Positions 10,610-20,857 of a DNA stretch of 32,000 bases are shown in pieces. The position numbers and the translations under genes are program-made. The stretch lies in NCBI RefSeq assembly GCF_043950625.1, contig NZ_CP171007.1; one strand, written 5' to 3'. Each line of letters opens with the position of its first letter. Position 1 is the stretch's first letter. The notes under the pieces are model-generated. The model had not been told where the DNA came from. It did no database searches and saw nothing but the letters and a program-made list of their open reading frames with translations. The stretch is from Alkanindiges sp. WGS2144. Its GTDB lineage: Bacteria; Pseudomonadota; Gammaproteobacteria; Pseudomonadales; Moraxellaceae.

Positions 10610-11536
10610 TTATTCAAAAATGTCCTTAAGCTGTATTTCCTTTAATACCCTTCCTACATCCCACTGTGCCACAGCCTGCCGCAGCATGTTTTGTGGGCAA
10701 TCCAGTACCACATCCGGCTGACTTAAGGCCTGCAATGCCTGCTGAATTAACTGTGGTGCCTGCGCCACATTCAGCGCCTTGGCCAGATTCTGCTTGGATA
10801 GTTTCTGGCCTTGATCATTCATAGCCAGCGGAATATGGCAGTAATTAAGCGGTGGATAATGCAAACACTGACTCAGATAAATTTGTCGGGCGGTGTTGCC
10901 CAGCAAATCCGCGCCACGTACCACATGGCTAATACCCTGTATGGCATCATCCACCACAACGGCCAGTTGGTAACTGATAATGCCATCCCGGCGTTTTAGC
11001 ACAAAATCCCCCGTGGTCTGGCTTAAATTTTCGCAGCAATGTCCCTGAATCAGGTCATCAAAGCAAATCAACTGATCGTTAGTTTTTAAACGAATAGCCT
11101 GCTGTTCCAATGCTAAGCCTGAATACCTGCATGTACCCGGATACGTAAAACTGCCTTGCAACTGTTTGCGGCTACAGGCACAGGCATAAAGCAGGTCTTT
11201 TTGTTCTAATTGTTTAAGTACAGTCTGGTATAAATCCAGCCGGTCATGCTGAAAAATAATTTCCTCATCCCATTCAAAACCAAAAGCTTCCAGTGCTGTT
11301 AAAATGGAAGTTGTCGCACCGGGATAAATGCGGGGAATGTCAGTATCTTCAATGCGTACCAGCCACTGACCAGCCTGAGATTTGGCTTCACAGTAACTGG
11401 CCAGTGCCGTGAGCAGAGAACCAAAATGCAAAGGGCCAGTTGGCGATGGCGCAAACCGACCCTTGTATGAGCAGCGATCAAGCGAAGCACTGCTTCGCCG
11501 CTGCGCAAGAGCGAAGCTATGCTTCGCTGATCGCAT
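10610..11536 (-). CDS. gluQ: glutamyl-Q tRNA(Asp) synthetase (truncated GluRS paralogue)
   Basis: GRFAPSPTGPLHFGSL (HIGH-type) and a KLSKQ motif. The length lacks an anticodon-binding domain. It sits directly downstream of dksA, as in enterobacteria. The start is the ATG at 11536 or the GTG at 11551, with no in-frame start closer to the conserved core. Confidence 0.85.
   Translation of the reverse strand: MRSAKHSFALAQRRSSASLDRCSYKGRFAPSPTGPLHFGSLLTALASYCEAKSQAGQWLVRIEDTDIPRIYPGATTSILTALEAFGFEWDEEIIFQHDRLDLYQTVLKQLEQKDLLYACACSRKQLQGSFTYPGTCRYSGLALEQQAIRLKTNDQLICFDDLIQGHCCENLSQTTGDFVLKRRDGIISYQLAVVVDDAIQGISHVVRGADLLGNTARQIYLSQCLHYPPLNYCHIPLAMNDQGQKLSKQNLAKALNVAQAPQLIQQALQALSQPDVVLDCPQNMLRQAVAQWDVGRVLKEIQLKDIFE
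11482..11528 (-). repeat. two tandem palindromes sharing the arms GCGAAGC/GCTTCGC
   Basis: Plus-strand 11510-11528 reads AGCGAAGC-TAT-GCTTCGCT and 11482-11498 reads GCGAAGC-ACT-GCTTCGC, 29 nt apart. They lie just after the dksA stop and inside the first 20 codons of gluQ. No U-tract follows. Confidence 0.6.
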
Positions 11537-11554
11537 TAGATATTCCGACACGGA

Positions 11555-12097
11555 TTAACCACCGTGGTTTTGCTTTTCCTTGATTTCAGCCAGGGTTTTG
11601 CAATCAATACACTGGGTAGCAGTTGGGCGTGCTTCCAGGCGACGCAGGCCAATCTCAATACCACAGGTCTCGCAGTAGCCATAATCTTCTTCACCAATGG
11701 CCTGTAATGACTGCTCAATTTTGCGGATCAGCTTGCGCTCACGGTCACGGGTACGCAGTTCAATAGCAAACTCTTCTTCCTGCGTGGCACGGTCATTAAT
11801 GTCCGGTAGAGCAGCCGATTCATCCTGCATGTGCGTCACGGTACGGTCAACCTCAGCCATCAGTTCGTCACGCCAGGCTTCCAGAATTTTACGGAAATGC
11901 TGCAACTGGCCTTCGGACATATATTCTTCTTTTGCGCCGGGCTGATAAGGCGCAATACCGTATAAGCCCGCTGGGGTATCACCCTGAGCTTTATCTGCTT
12001 TTTTTGCAGCAGGTTTACGACCACGTTTGGTTGCTGTTGAAGTTTCAACAGGTGCTGCTTGTCCATGTGTTGCAGCGTTTTGGTTTTCAATCGCCAT
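11555..12097 (-). CDS. dksA: RNA polymerase-binding transcription factor DksA (long N-terminal form)
   Basis: Coiled-coil with DxxDxA-type acidic tip (DINDRATQEEE) and a C4 zinc finger CETCGIEIGLRRLEARPTATQCIDC. I prefer the ATG at 12097, with GAGGA 7 nt upstream, to the GTG at 12118. Confidence 0.92.
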   Translation of the reverse strand: MAIENQNAATHGQAAPVETSTATKRGRKPAAKKADKAQGDTPAGLYGIAPYQPGAKEEYMSEGQLQHFRKILEAWRDELMAEVDRTVTHMQDESAALPDINDRATQEEEFAIELRTRDRERKLIRKIEQSLQAIGEEDYGYCETCGIEIGLRRLEARPTATQCIDCKTLAEIKEKQNHGG

Positions 12098-12292
12098 GTG
12101 GGCATCCTCATCAAACACGTGTTATCAATACGCAAAATAGTGGTGATATGCAACCTTTATTTAAAAATATCGACCAGCCTATCTCAAGGCGCAGGCATGA
12201 TATAGAGAATCCTGCCAAGTTGGTAGTTTATTTGGTAAACAAGTATTTTTTCATGCTACAAAAGGTATTTTTTGACTATCGAGAATTTATAG

Positions 12293-13123
12293 TTAATAGC
12301 CACTACTTTGATAATCAACAATAAAATGCTGCTGCTTTAGGCGCGACACCTCACTGCTAAAACTGCCATCCGCAAACAGGTCCAGCCAGCGATAGCCGGG
12401 GCTGGCTGTATCCAGCATAAACTGTGCGCTATTGGGTTTAAACTGTAGTGAGGTGGAGGGGCAGGCCATATACATGACATTGGCGTGCATTTGTTCAAAT
12501 TGCTGATGCACATGCCCATGTAACACCAGTTTAACTTGCTTGAAAGGGGCAATCGTATCAAAAAAAGCCTGACAGGTTTTAAGCAGATGCTGATCCAGCC
12601 AGTCGCAACCGACGGCCAGTGGATTATGATGCAGGGCAATAATGATGTGTTTGTCGTGCTGGCGTTTCAGCGCTGCGGTTAAATAATCCAGTGTAGCCTG
12701 ACTAAAGCTGCCCGCGATTTCTCCATCGGTAGAAGAGTCCAGTAAAATACAGCACCAGTTGCCAATCACTACCTCGCAGGGCAGGTGGTTGAGAGCCAGA
12801 TGCTGGGCATAAGGCTGTTCAAGGTCATGGTTGCCGGGAATACAAAAATGCGGCGCATCAATTTGCTGCATATCCTTTAAAAAGCGGGTATAGGTTGCTG
12901 CGGTTGATTGCTGGGCAATATCGCCGGTACTCAATAGCAAGTCAATCTGGGGTTGCTCTTGCTGGATCAGCTCAAGGACGGCTTTAAAGCTCTGCTGGGT
13001 ATTTAGTCCAAGGAGTTTGGCTGAAGGGTCAGCAAATAAGTGCATGTCGGAGCACTGCACCAGGCGAATAGGTGCTGTTGTATTGGTCAGGGAGGAAGCT
13101 GGACGGCCAATTTGATAAATCAC
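12293..13123 (-). CDS. cpdA: 3',5'-cyclic-nucleotide phosphodiesterase (calcineurin-like metallophosphoesterase)
   Basis: Metallophosphoesterase motif series DMH, GDIAQ, GNHD, HHNP, GHVH. GTG start with AGGAGG upstream. Follows nudF as in E. coli. Confidence 0.8.
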   Translation of the reverse strand: MIYQIGRPASSLTNTTAPIRLVQCSDMHLFADPSAKLLGLNTQQSFKAVLELIQQEQPQIDLLLSTGDIAQQSTAATYTRFLKDMQQIDAPHFCIPGNHDLEQPYAQHLALNHLPCEVVIGNWCCILLDSSTDGEIAGSFSQATLDYLTAALKRQHDKHIIIALHHNPLAVGCDWLDQHLLKTCQAFFDTIAPFKQVKLVLHGHVHQQFEQMHANVMYMACPSTSLQFKPNSAQFMLDTASPGYRWLDLFADGSFSSEVSRLKQQHFIVDYQSSGY

Positions 13124-13143
13124 GACAACTGGCCTCCTGTTTA

Positions 13144-13770
13144 TTATTGTTTAGAACTGTTCTGCTGTAATTTCAACCATTGCAGCGCGATAATCACCGG
13201 ACTGTTTCTCAGAGATTGCGGATGAGCCAACAGTGTCGTTAATTGTTCATATTTTAGCACATGCACTCTGATATTTTCTGCCTCGTCTATGACACCAAAA
13301 ATCTGCGTTGTGTGACTTAGTTCAGCATCTGCGGCATATAAATGAAACAATTCATTACATGCACCGGCAGATGGATAAAAACTGAAGATGAGCTGCGGGT
13401 TTTTAATTGTTGTACCGGCTTCTTCCAGCGCTTCCCGGATTACGGTTTGTTCTGGTGTTTCACCTTCATCGACCAGGCCTGCGACCACTTCCAGCTGCCA
13501 TGGGCTGTCCTTGTCATCTACCGCGCCAATACGAAACTGTTCAATGAGGGCAAACAATTGCTGTTTTGAGTCGTACAATAATACCCCGGCGGCTTCTGGC
13601 CGCTTGACCAGTTCACGGGAAACAGGTGGGCTAAAGCGTTGGTTTTCAAACAACCTGTGCTGTACTTCCACCTGTTCAATTTTGGCAAAGCCGTTATAGC
13701 GCTGTTCGCGCTTTAATACACGCATATCACTGACTGAAAACATCAGGTAGGGATTGTTAGACGCAGGCAT
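13144..13770 (-). CDS. nudF: ADP-ribose pyrophosphatase (Nudix hydrolase)
   Basis: Nudix box GLVDEGETPEQTVIREALEEAG. Size and nudF-cpdA linkage fit. Confidence 0.8.
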   Translation of the reverse strand: MPASNNPYLMFSVSDMRVLKREQRYNGFAKIEQVEVQHRLFENQRFSPPVSRELVKRPEAAGVLLYDSKQQLFALIEQFRIGAVDDKDSPWQLEVVAGLVDEGETPEQTVIREALEEAGTTIKNPQLIFSFYPSAGACNELFHLYAADAELSHTTQIFGVIDEAENIRVHVLKYEQLTTLLAHPQSLRNSPVIIALQWLKLQQNSSKQ

Positions 13771-13783
13771 CTGGTCGTCCTTA

Positions 13784-13814
13784 AAAATATAAAAAAGGCA
13801 GGATAAAACCTGCC
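13784..13814 (-). terminator. Rho-independent terminator of thiC
   Basis: On the minus strand GGCAGG-TTTTAT-CCTGCC is followed by TTTTTTATATTTTT. It lies 20 nt after the thiC stop. Confidence 0.7.
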
Positions 13815-13833
13815 TTTCATGTTATAGCAAACA

Positions 13834-15768
<1,935 letters not shown>

Positions 15769-15835
15769 TCAAGCAAACCATACGCCAGACAATGGCTGCC
15801 ATCAAAAATAATGAGCAGTGTGTCAGCAGGTTCTT

Positions 15836-16074
15836 GCTTGATTCCTACGCTGGTATTAACCAGACAAGACGAAAATCAGGTTTTTTGTGGTATTCAGGCA
15901 GGCCAATATCTTGCTTAGCCTTGCAAAAAATCACAGTTTTCTTCTTGCGCTCGGGCAAAGCCTTAAAACAGTGTTTTAAGTTTGCTCATCCTCGCTCAGG
16001 TTCAACGGTACTCATGCTATGCACAGGGAATAGTGCGACATGATCTCAGCCTGTCTACAGGCGCTCCGTCAAGC
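15836..16074 (-). promoter_or_regulatory. TPP (THI-box) riboswitch in the thiC leader, atypically long or interrupted
   Basis: Minus-strand sense reads GCTTGACGGAGCGCC...GGCTGAGA-TCATG...CATGA-GTACCGTTGAACCTGA. About 120 nt later it reads AACCTGAT...CTGGTTAATACCAGCGTAGGAATCAAGC. The P1 arms GCTTGA/TCAAGC, the CUGAGA motif and the CUGG-UAAU-ACCAGCG helix are all present. The layout parallels the E. coli thiC leader as I remember it. Confidence 0.6.
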
Positions 16075-16230
16075 ATTTAGATGCTGTAGAGAGTAGCCCC
16101 TAAACTTCAGGTTGTCCATGACTGTGGTGAGAAGCGATCTTTAAAAATGATCTTTGCCAGCGGGTTTATCTTGTATCTGGATTTAAAATTGCATAGCCTT
16201 GAGCAAAACTTTAGCTTGCTAGAAGGCAAC

Positions 16231-17622
16231 ATGATGCAAAAACAAGGAAATGCCTGCCGGGCAAGGACAGGTAAAGGTTTAATACGGACAGCAAAACTGG
16301 CCACTGCACTGGCATTGGGCTTGTTGAGTGTGCCGGGCTGGAGTATGGACTTGCTGCAAACCTATCACCTGGCCTTGCAAAATGATCCGGACTGGCAGGC
16401 AACCCTGGATCAGTATCTGGCGGATCAACAACAGGAAAAACTGGCTTTTGGTGGGCTGTTACCCACTGTTGGGGCTTCTGGCAGTATCACCCGCAACCGT
16501 TTTGACCCTGCCGAGCCACAAAGTAATGAGCTCATGGGGCAGCCTATCACCTCCACATCCTCAACCGTGAGGCAGGCAGGTGTGTCTTTAAGACAGCCGC
16601 TGTTTCGTATGGATTTATGGCAGCAGTACCAGCAGGCCAAAGTCTCTAATAGCTTAAACGACAGCCGTTATCTAGCCAGTCAGCAGGCTTTTACCCTAAA
16701 AGTTGCTGAAGCTTATTTTGATGTGCTGCGGGCACAAAGCCTGATGGCAACCTTAAATGCTGAAGAGGCCGCCCTGCAACGCCAGCTCACCATGATGCAG
16801 GCGCGGTTTAAAGAAGGTGTGGTAGCACGTACGGATGTCAGTGAAGCTACTGCCCAGTATCAAAATGCCGTGGCTAACCGGATTGCCGGCGAAAACCAGA
16901 TTATTAATGCCCAGGAAAACCTGACTGTCATTCTGGGCCAGCCGGTTAGTACACTGGCGCCCCTGGTAGAAGATTTTGCAGCAGTAGCACCAGTGCCTAA
17001 TCAGGTGGACAGCTGGGTGGATTTAGCCAGACAAAAAAATCCCCAGTTGGCTCAGGCGCGTTATCAATACCAGATAGCCGAGGAAAATCGTAAAATCCAG
17101 CAAAGTGGCTATTACCCGCAGCTTGATCTGGTTGCGCAGACTGCATGGAACAAGCAAACCCCGGAAACCCTGTTTAATAACAATGGGCAAAGCAGCGCAG
17201 TGGGTCTTGAACTGAATTTGCCCCTGTATCGTGGTGGGCGCACACAAACTGCGGTAACTCAGGCTAACTATCAGGCCAGTGCGGCGCGTAATCAGGTGGA
17301 TGTGGCCGAGCGGCAGGTGGTGGCGTCGGTACGTTCTGCATTTATTAACCTGAACACTGACCGGGCGCGAATCAGAGCCAGACAGGATGCCATGCAATCC
17401 AGTGAACTGGTTGCGCAGGCCTCGCAGGCTGGTTATGACCTGGGGCTGCGTACCATGGTGGATGTGCTGCTGGCGCAACGTAATGCCTTTGCTGCCCAGC
17501 AGGATTATATTAATGCCCGCTATGATTATGTGCTGAATATGCTGCGGCTCAAGCAGGCTGCAGGACAGCTTGATCAGGAAGCGCTGGCGGAAATCAACCA
17601 GTGGCTGGATAGTAATCCGTAA
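16231..17622 (+). CDS. tolC: outer-membrane efflux/type I secretion channel TolC
   Basis: Signal peptide (LATALALGLLSVPGWS) and two tandem OEP repeats rich in Q/A coiled segments. The ATG at 16231 has AGAAGG 5 nt upstream, and the track start at 16147 is unlikely. TolC lies near nudF-cpdA, as in E. coli. Confidence 0.88.
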   Translation: MMQKQGNACRARTGKGLIRTAKLATALALGLLSVPGWSMDLLQTYHLALQNDPDWQATLDQYLADQQQEKLAFGGLLPTVGASGSITRNRFDPAEPQSNELMGQPITSTSSTVRQAGVSLRQPLFRMDLWQQYQQAKVSNSLNDSRYLASQQAFTLKVAEAYFDVLRAQSLMATLNAEEAALQRQLTMMQARFKEGVVARTDVSEATAQYQNAVANRIAGENQIINAQENLTVILGQPVSTLAPLVEDFAAVAPVPNQVDSWVDLARQKNPQLAQARYQYQIAEENRKIQQSGYYPQLDLVAQTAWNKQTPETLFNNNGQSSAVGLELNLPLYRGGRTQTAVTQANYQASAARNQVDVAERQVVASVRSAFINLNTDRARIRARQDAMQSSELVAQASQAGYDLGLRTMVDVLLAQRNAFAAQQDYINARYDYVLNMLRLKQAAGQLDQEALAEINQWLDSNP

Positions 17623-17647
17623 CCTTGGCACAAAGGACGTGCTGTAC

Positions 17648-17665
17648 GTGTCATTAAACTGTCAT
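17648..17665 (+). promoter_or_regulatory. Pho box (PhoB binding site) upstream of phoU
   Basis: GTGTCAT-TAAA-CTGTCAT gives two 7-bp repeats with 11-bp periodicity, matching CTGTCAT-N4-CTGTCAT at 13 of 14 repeat positions. A TGTAAT/TAATAG -10-like element follows about 10-12 bp downstream. The site is 60 nt upstream of the phoU ATG. Confidence 0.55.
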
Positions 17666-17724
17666 GTAATTTTGCTGTAATAGTAGCTAAAGTTGCCGTA
17701 GCAATAAAAATTATCGGGTTATGT

Positions 17725-18450
17725 ATGAGCGCGACCAATAAAGCAGTATTTAATCACCATATTTCTTCGCAGTTTAATGAAAACCTGCAAGATGTGAACA
17801 CCCAGTTTATGAGCATGGGTGGGTTAGTAGAGCAGCAAGTGGCTCATGCAGTTCATGCCTTGCTTGAGACTGACGCAGCACTTGCGCTCAAGGTGCAATA
17901 CGAAGACCAGACGGTCAACAGTATGGAAAGCCAGATTGATGAAGCACTTACCCTGATTCTGGCGCGTCGTCACCCGGCAGCCAGCGATCTGCGCATGGTG
18001 ATTGCCATTAGCAAGGCCAATACCGATCTTGAGCGCATTGGCGATGAAGCTGCAAAAATTGCCCGTATTGCCCAGACCTTATGCGAAGAAGGAGAGTCAC
18101 CCCGTGGCTATACAGAAACCCGGCATATCGGCAATCAGGTAAGGGTCATGATTCATGACGCGCTGGATGCCTTTGCCCGTCTGGATGCGGTTCAGGCGTT
18201 GCGTGTCATGCAGGCCGATGGCGATATTGACCGGGAATACCAGTCTGCAACCCGCGCGTTAATGACTTATATGATGGAAGATCCACGTCATATCAGCCGG
18301 GTGATTAACGTGTTATGGGTGTTACGCGCCCTTGAGCGGATTGGTGATCATGCGCGTAATATTGCCGAACAGGTTATTTATATGGTCAAGGGATTGGATG
18401 TTCGTCATACCAGCTATGAAGCGGTTGAGCAAAAAATTCAGGGCAGCTGA
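17725..18450 (+). CDS. phoU: phosphate signalling complex protein PhoU
   Basis: Two PhoU repeats, each with the E(R)IGD motif (DLERIGDEA and ALERIGDHA). Length 241 aa. Confidence 0.92.
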   Translation: MSATNKAVFNHHISSQFNENLQDVNTQFMSMGGLVEQQVAHAVHALLETDAALALKVQYEDQTVNSMESQIDEALTLILARRHPAASDLRMVIAISKANTDLERIGDEAAKIARIAQTLCEEGESPRGYTETRHIGNQVRVMIHDALDAFARLDAVQALRVMQADGDIDREYQSATRALMTYMMEDPRHISRVINVLWVLRALERIGDHARNIAEQVIYMVKGLDVRHTSYEAVEQKIQGS

Positions 18451-18486
18451 TTTAGCACAATTAAAACCACCGACAAGCCAGACCAT

Positions 18487-18518
18487 AAAAAACCCCGGAT
18501 AGTGAACCGGGGTTTTTG
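18487..18518. terminator. bidirectional Rho-independent terminator between convergent phoU and the 18537-18851 ORF
   Basis: ATAAAAAA-ACCCCGG-ATAGTGAA-CCGGGGT-TTTTGT: a GC-rich 7-bp stem flanked by an A-run and a T-run. Confidence 0.75.
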
Positions 18519-18536
18519 TCATAAATCGGAGTAGAC

Positions 18537-18851
18537 TTAAAACTGAATGTTGCTTACCACATCAGCATCAACGCCTTCGTCTTCCAGGTGAACCTGTTCA
18601 ATTTTTAGCTTGGCAGTCTTGCTAAGAAATTCTGTAGGAATAGCATCTGCGTCGTCCCACTGTTCGCAATAGACTTCATCGGCACAAATGGCCTGCTGTG
18701 GCTTATTGTTCACCATAAAGGAAAGCTGGCAGTAATCGCCGCTACAATCCAGGCTGGTTAAAGTGGCGTCTACAGTGACCGGGGCAGCGAATGTCATGGA
18801 CGAGGCTGCAAGCAATAATCCGGGCAATAGCAATAAAGTCGGTTTTATCAT
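18537..18851 (-). CDS. hypothetical small secreted protein with four cysteines
   Basis: Signal peptide MIKPTLLLLPGLLLAASSMTFA. The mature part of about 82 aa is acidic with 4 Cys. The ATG at 18851 has AGGA upstream, and the track start at 18881 is a TTG. I recognise no family. Confidence 0.55.
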   Translation of the reverse strand: MIKPTLLLLPGLLLAASSMTFAAPVTVDATLTSLDCSGDYCQLSFMVNNKPQQAICADEVYCEQWDDADAIPTEFLSKTAKLKIEQVHLEDEGVDADVVSNIQF

Positions 18852-19115
18852 AAGGAATTCCTGCCAGAAAGTAGTGAGCAAAATTTGACCGGAATGTAGA
18901 GCGCTTAGGGAGTAGTTGCAAACTTATTGTATGACTAGGGGTTCAACTCTAAATATTGCATTTGAGGTTACATTTAATAACGCCAGGCTTTTTCAACGGA
19001 TTAGCCTAGCGTGATCAGAATATACGCAACAGTATTTTAGCCAAAGCTCACCACAGAATATGCCGCATAGTGTCACACTTGAACGCATTGGCAGGGCAGC
19101 AGGCCGAGATTCTAC

Positions 19116-19385
19116 TTATTTAGTTTCAGTCCAGCCTTCTGCCTGTTCCACGTCCTGATTGCTAAAGAAGCGCTCACGCTGCGCTTCCAGAAAAGCCCGC
19201 GCTTCGGGCTCAAAGGCATTTAAGCGTTTTTCATTGATGAGTAGGGTTTGATGTTTAAGCCATTCCTGCCAGGCCTGTTTGGACACCGTATCAAAAATTT
19301 CCTGACCTTTTGGCCCGGGAAATGGGGCAAAGTCCAGTCCTTCCATGTCTTTTTGATACTTGCGGCAAAATACAGTGCGTGTCAT
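19116..19385 (-). CDS. yggX: Fe(2+)-trafficking / oxidative-damage protection protein YggX
   Basis: Characteristic [31 protein letters not shown]...[18 protein letters not shown]. Confidence 0.88.
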   Translation of the reverse strand: MTRTVFCRKYQKDMEGLDFAPFPGPKGQEIFDTVSKQAWQEWLKHQTLLINEKRLNAFEPEARAFLEAQRERFFSNQDVEQAEGWTETK

Positions 19386-19399
19386 GGATATTCTCCTGC

Positions 19400-20857
19400 T
19401 TAAACCGTTAATTGCTCAAGGCGTTGGTGTGCGCGTTCAATTGCTGCCTTGACTTGCTCGGGTGCGGTGCCGCCAATATGGTTACGTGCTGCCACAGAGC
19501 CTTCCAGGGTTAACACGCCAAACACATCGCCGCTAATTTTGTCAGAGAACTGCTGGAGTTGCTCTAAACTCAGTTCGGACAAATCTTTGTCTTCCTGCAC
19601 CCCCAAGGCCACAGCTTTACCGACAATTTCATGGGCATCACGAAAGGCAATGCCTTTTTTGACCAGATAATCGGCCAAGTCGGTGGCGGTGGAAAAACCA
19701 CGCAAGGCGGCTTCGCGCATTTCTTTTTTGTTGGGTTGCAGGGCTGGAATCATATCGGCAAAGGCCAGCAGTGAGCCACGCACGGTATCAATGGCGTCAA
19801 ATAGCGGCTCTTTGTCTTCCTGATTGTCCTTGTTATAAGCCAGTGGTTGGCCTTTCATTAAGGTAAGCAGGCTAATTAAGTCGCCAAACACCCGGCCACT
19901 CTTGCCACGTACCAGCTCTGGCACATCGGGATTTTTCTTTTGCGGCATGATGGATGAACCAGTGCAAAAACGGTCTGGAATCTGCACAAAACGGAACTGC
20001 GCTGATGTCCACAGGATAAGTTCTTCACTCATGCGCGACAGGTGCATCATGATTAAAGATGCCGCACTGCTAAATTCAATGGCAAAGTCACGGTCAGACA
20101 CCGCATCCAGTGAATTTTCACTCACGGCTTCAAAGCCTAGTAATTCGGCGGTATAGGCACGGTTAATCGGATAAGTGGTGCCAGCCAGTGCCGCAGAACC
20201 CAGCGGCAGGCGATTGACCCGCTTGCGGCAGTCAATCAGGCGTTCACTATCGCGCAGGAGCATTTCAAACCATGCCAGCAAATGGTGGCCAAAAGTTACG
20301 GGCTGTGCGGTTTGCAAGTGAGTAAAGCCGGGCATGATGGTGTTGGTATGCTGAACAGCCAGCCCTAAAATGCCGGTTTGCAGTTTTTTGAGCAAACCTA
20401 ATAATTCATCAATTTCATCACGCAAATACAGGCGGATATCGGTAGCTACCTGATCATTGCGACTACGTCCGGTGTGCAGTTTTTTGCCGGTAATGCCAAT
20501 GCGCTCGGTTAAGCGTGCTTCAATATTCATGTGCACGTCTTCCAGATCAATGCGCCACTCAAAGCGACCTGCTTCAATGTCAGCTTTAATGGCATTCAGG
20601 CCACTAATAATATCGTCACGTTCTGCTTCGCTAAGTACCCCTACAGACGCCAGCATGGTGGCGTGGGCAATGGAGCCGGCAATATCCTGTTTATAAAAAC
20701 GTTGGTCAAATTGCACAGATGCAGTAAATTCAGCCACAAAGGCGTCAGTTGCTTCACTAAAACGCCCTCCCCACATGTTGGACGTGGCCTGGCTGGTTGA
20801 AGGCACGTTGCTCTGGGCATTCGCTTGGTTATTGATGGATTGAGATGGTGTGGTCAT
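19400..20857 (-). CDS. argH: argininosuccinate lyase
   Basis: WGGRFSE N-terminal motif and the fumarate-lyase signature [12 protein letters not shown]. The first 27 codons are low-complexity, so an alternative start at M28 (20776) is possible. Confidence 0.93.
   Translation of the reverse strand: MTTPSQSINNQANAQSNVPSTSQATSNMWGGRFSEATDAFVAEFTASVQFDQRFYKQDIAGSIAHATMLASVGVLSEAERDDIISGLNAIKADIEAGRFEWRIDLEDVHMNIEARLTERIGITGKKLHTGRSRNDQVATDIRLYLRDEIDELLGLLKKLQTGILGLAVQHTNTIMPGFTHLQTAQPVTFGHHLLAWFEMLLRDSERLIDCRKRVNRLPLGSAALAGTTYPINRAYTAELLGFEAVSENSLDAVSDRDFAIEFSSAASLIMMHLSRMSEELILWTSAQFRFVQIPDRFCTGSSIMPQKKNPDVPELVRGKSGRVFGDLISLLTLMKGQPLAYNKDNQEDKEPLFDAIDTVRGSLLAFADMIPALQPNKKEMREAALRGFSTATDLADYLVKKGIAFRDAHEIVGKAVALGVQEDKDLSELSLEQLQQFSDKISGDVFGVLTLEGSVAARNHIGGTAPEQVKAAIERAHQRLEQLTV

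Noticed and set aside
15872-15900. Compact THI-box-like string GCCTGAATACCACAAAAAACCTGAT that could be read as a second, self-contained aptamer 5' half
   Set aside because: It has CTGAAT instead of CUGAGA and no P3 stem between it and ACC. The upstream canonical 5' half at 16003-16074 supplies the P1 strand complementary to TCAAGC, so I treat this as part of the 3' half.
17023-17631. 202-aa minus-strand ORF
   Set aside because: It lies entirely antisense to the well-supported tolC gene. Its composition is dominated by Leu/Ile/Arg/Gln as expected from reverse translation of a Q/A/L-rich gene, and it has no SD. I treat it as a shadow ORF.
17659-17681. CTGTCAT ... CTGTAAT pair that might be read as an additional Pho box
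   Set aside because: The repeat spacing is 16 bp rather than the 11-bp periodicity required for PhoB dimers. CTGTAAT is more likely part of the -10 region.
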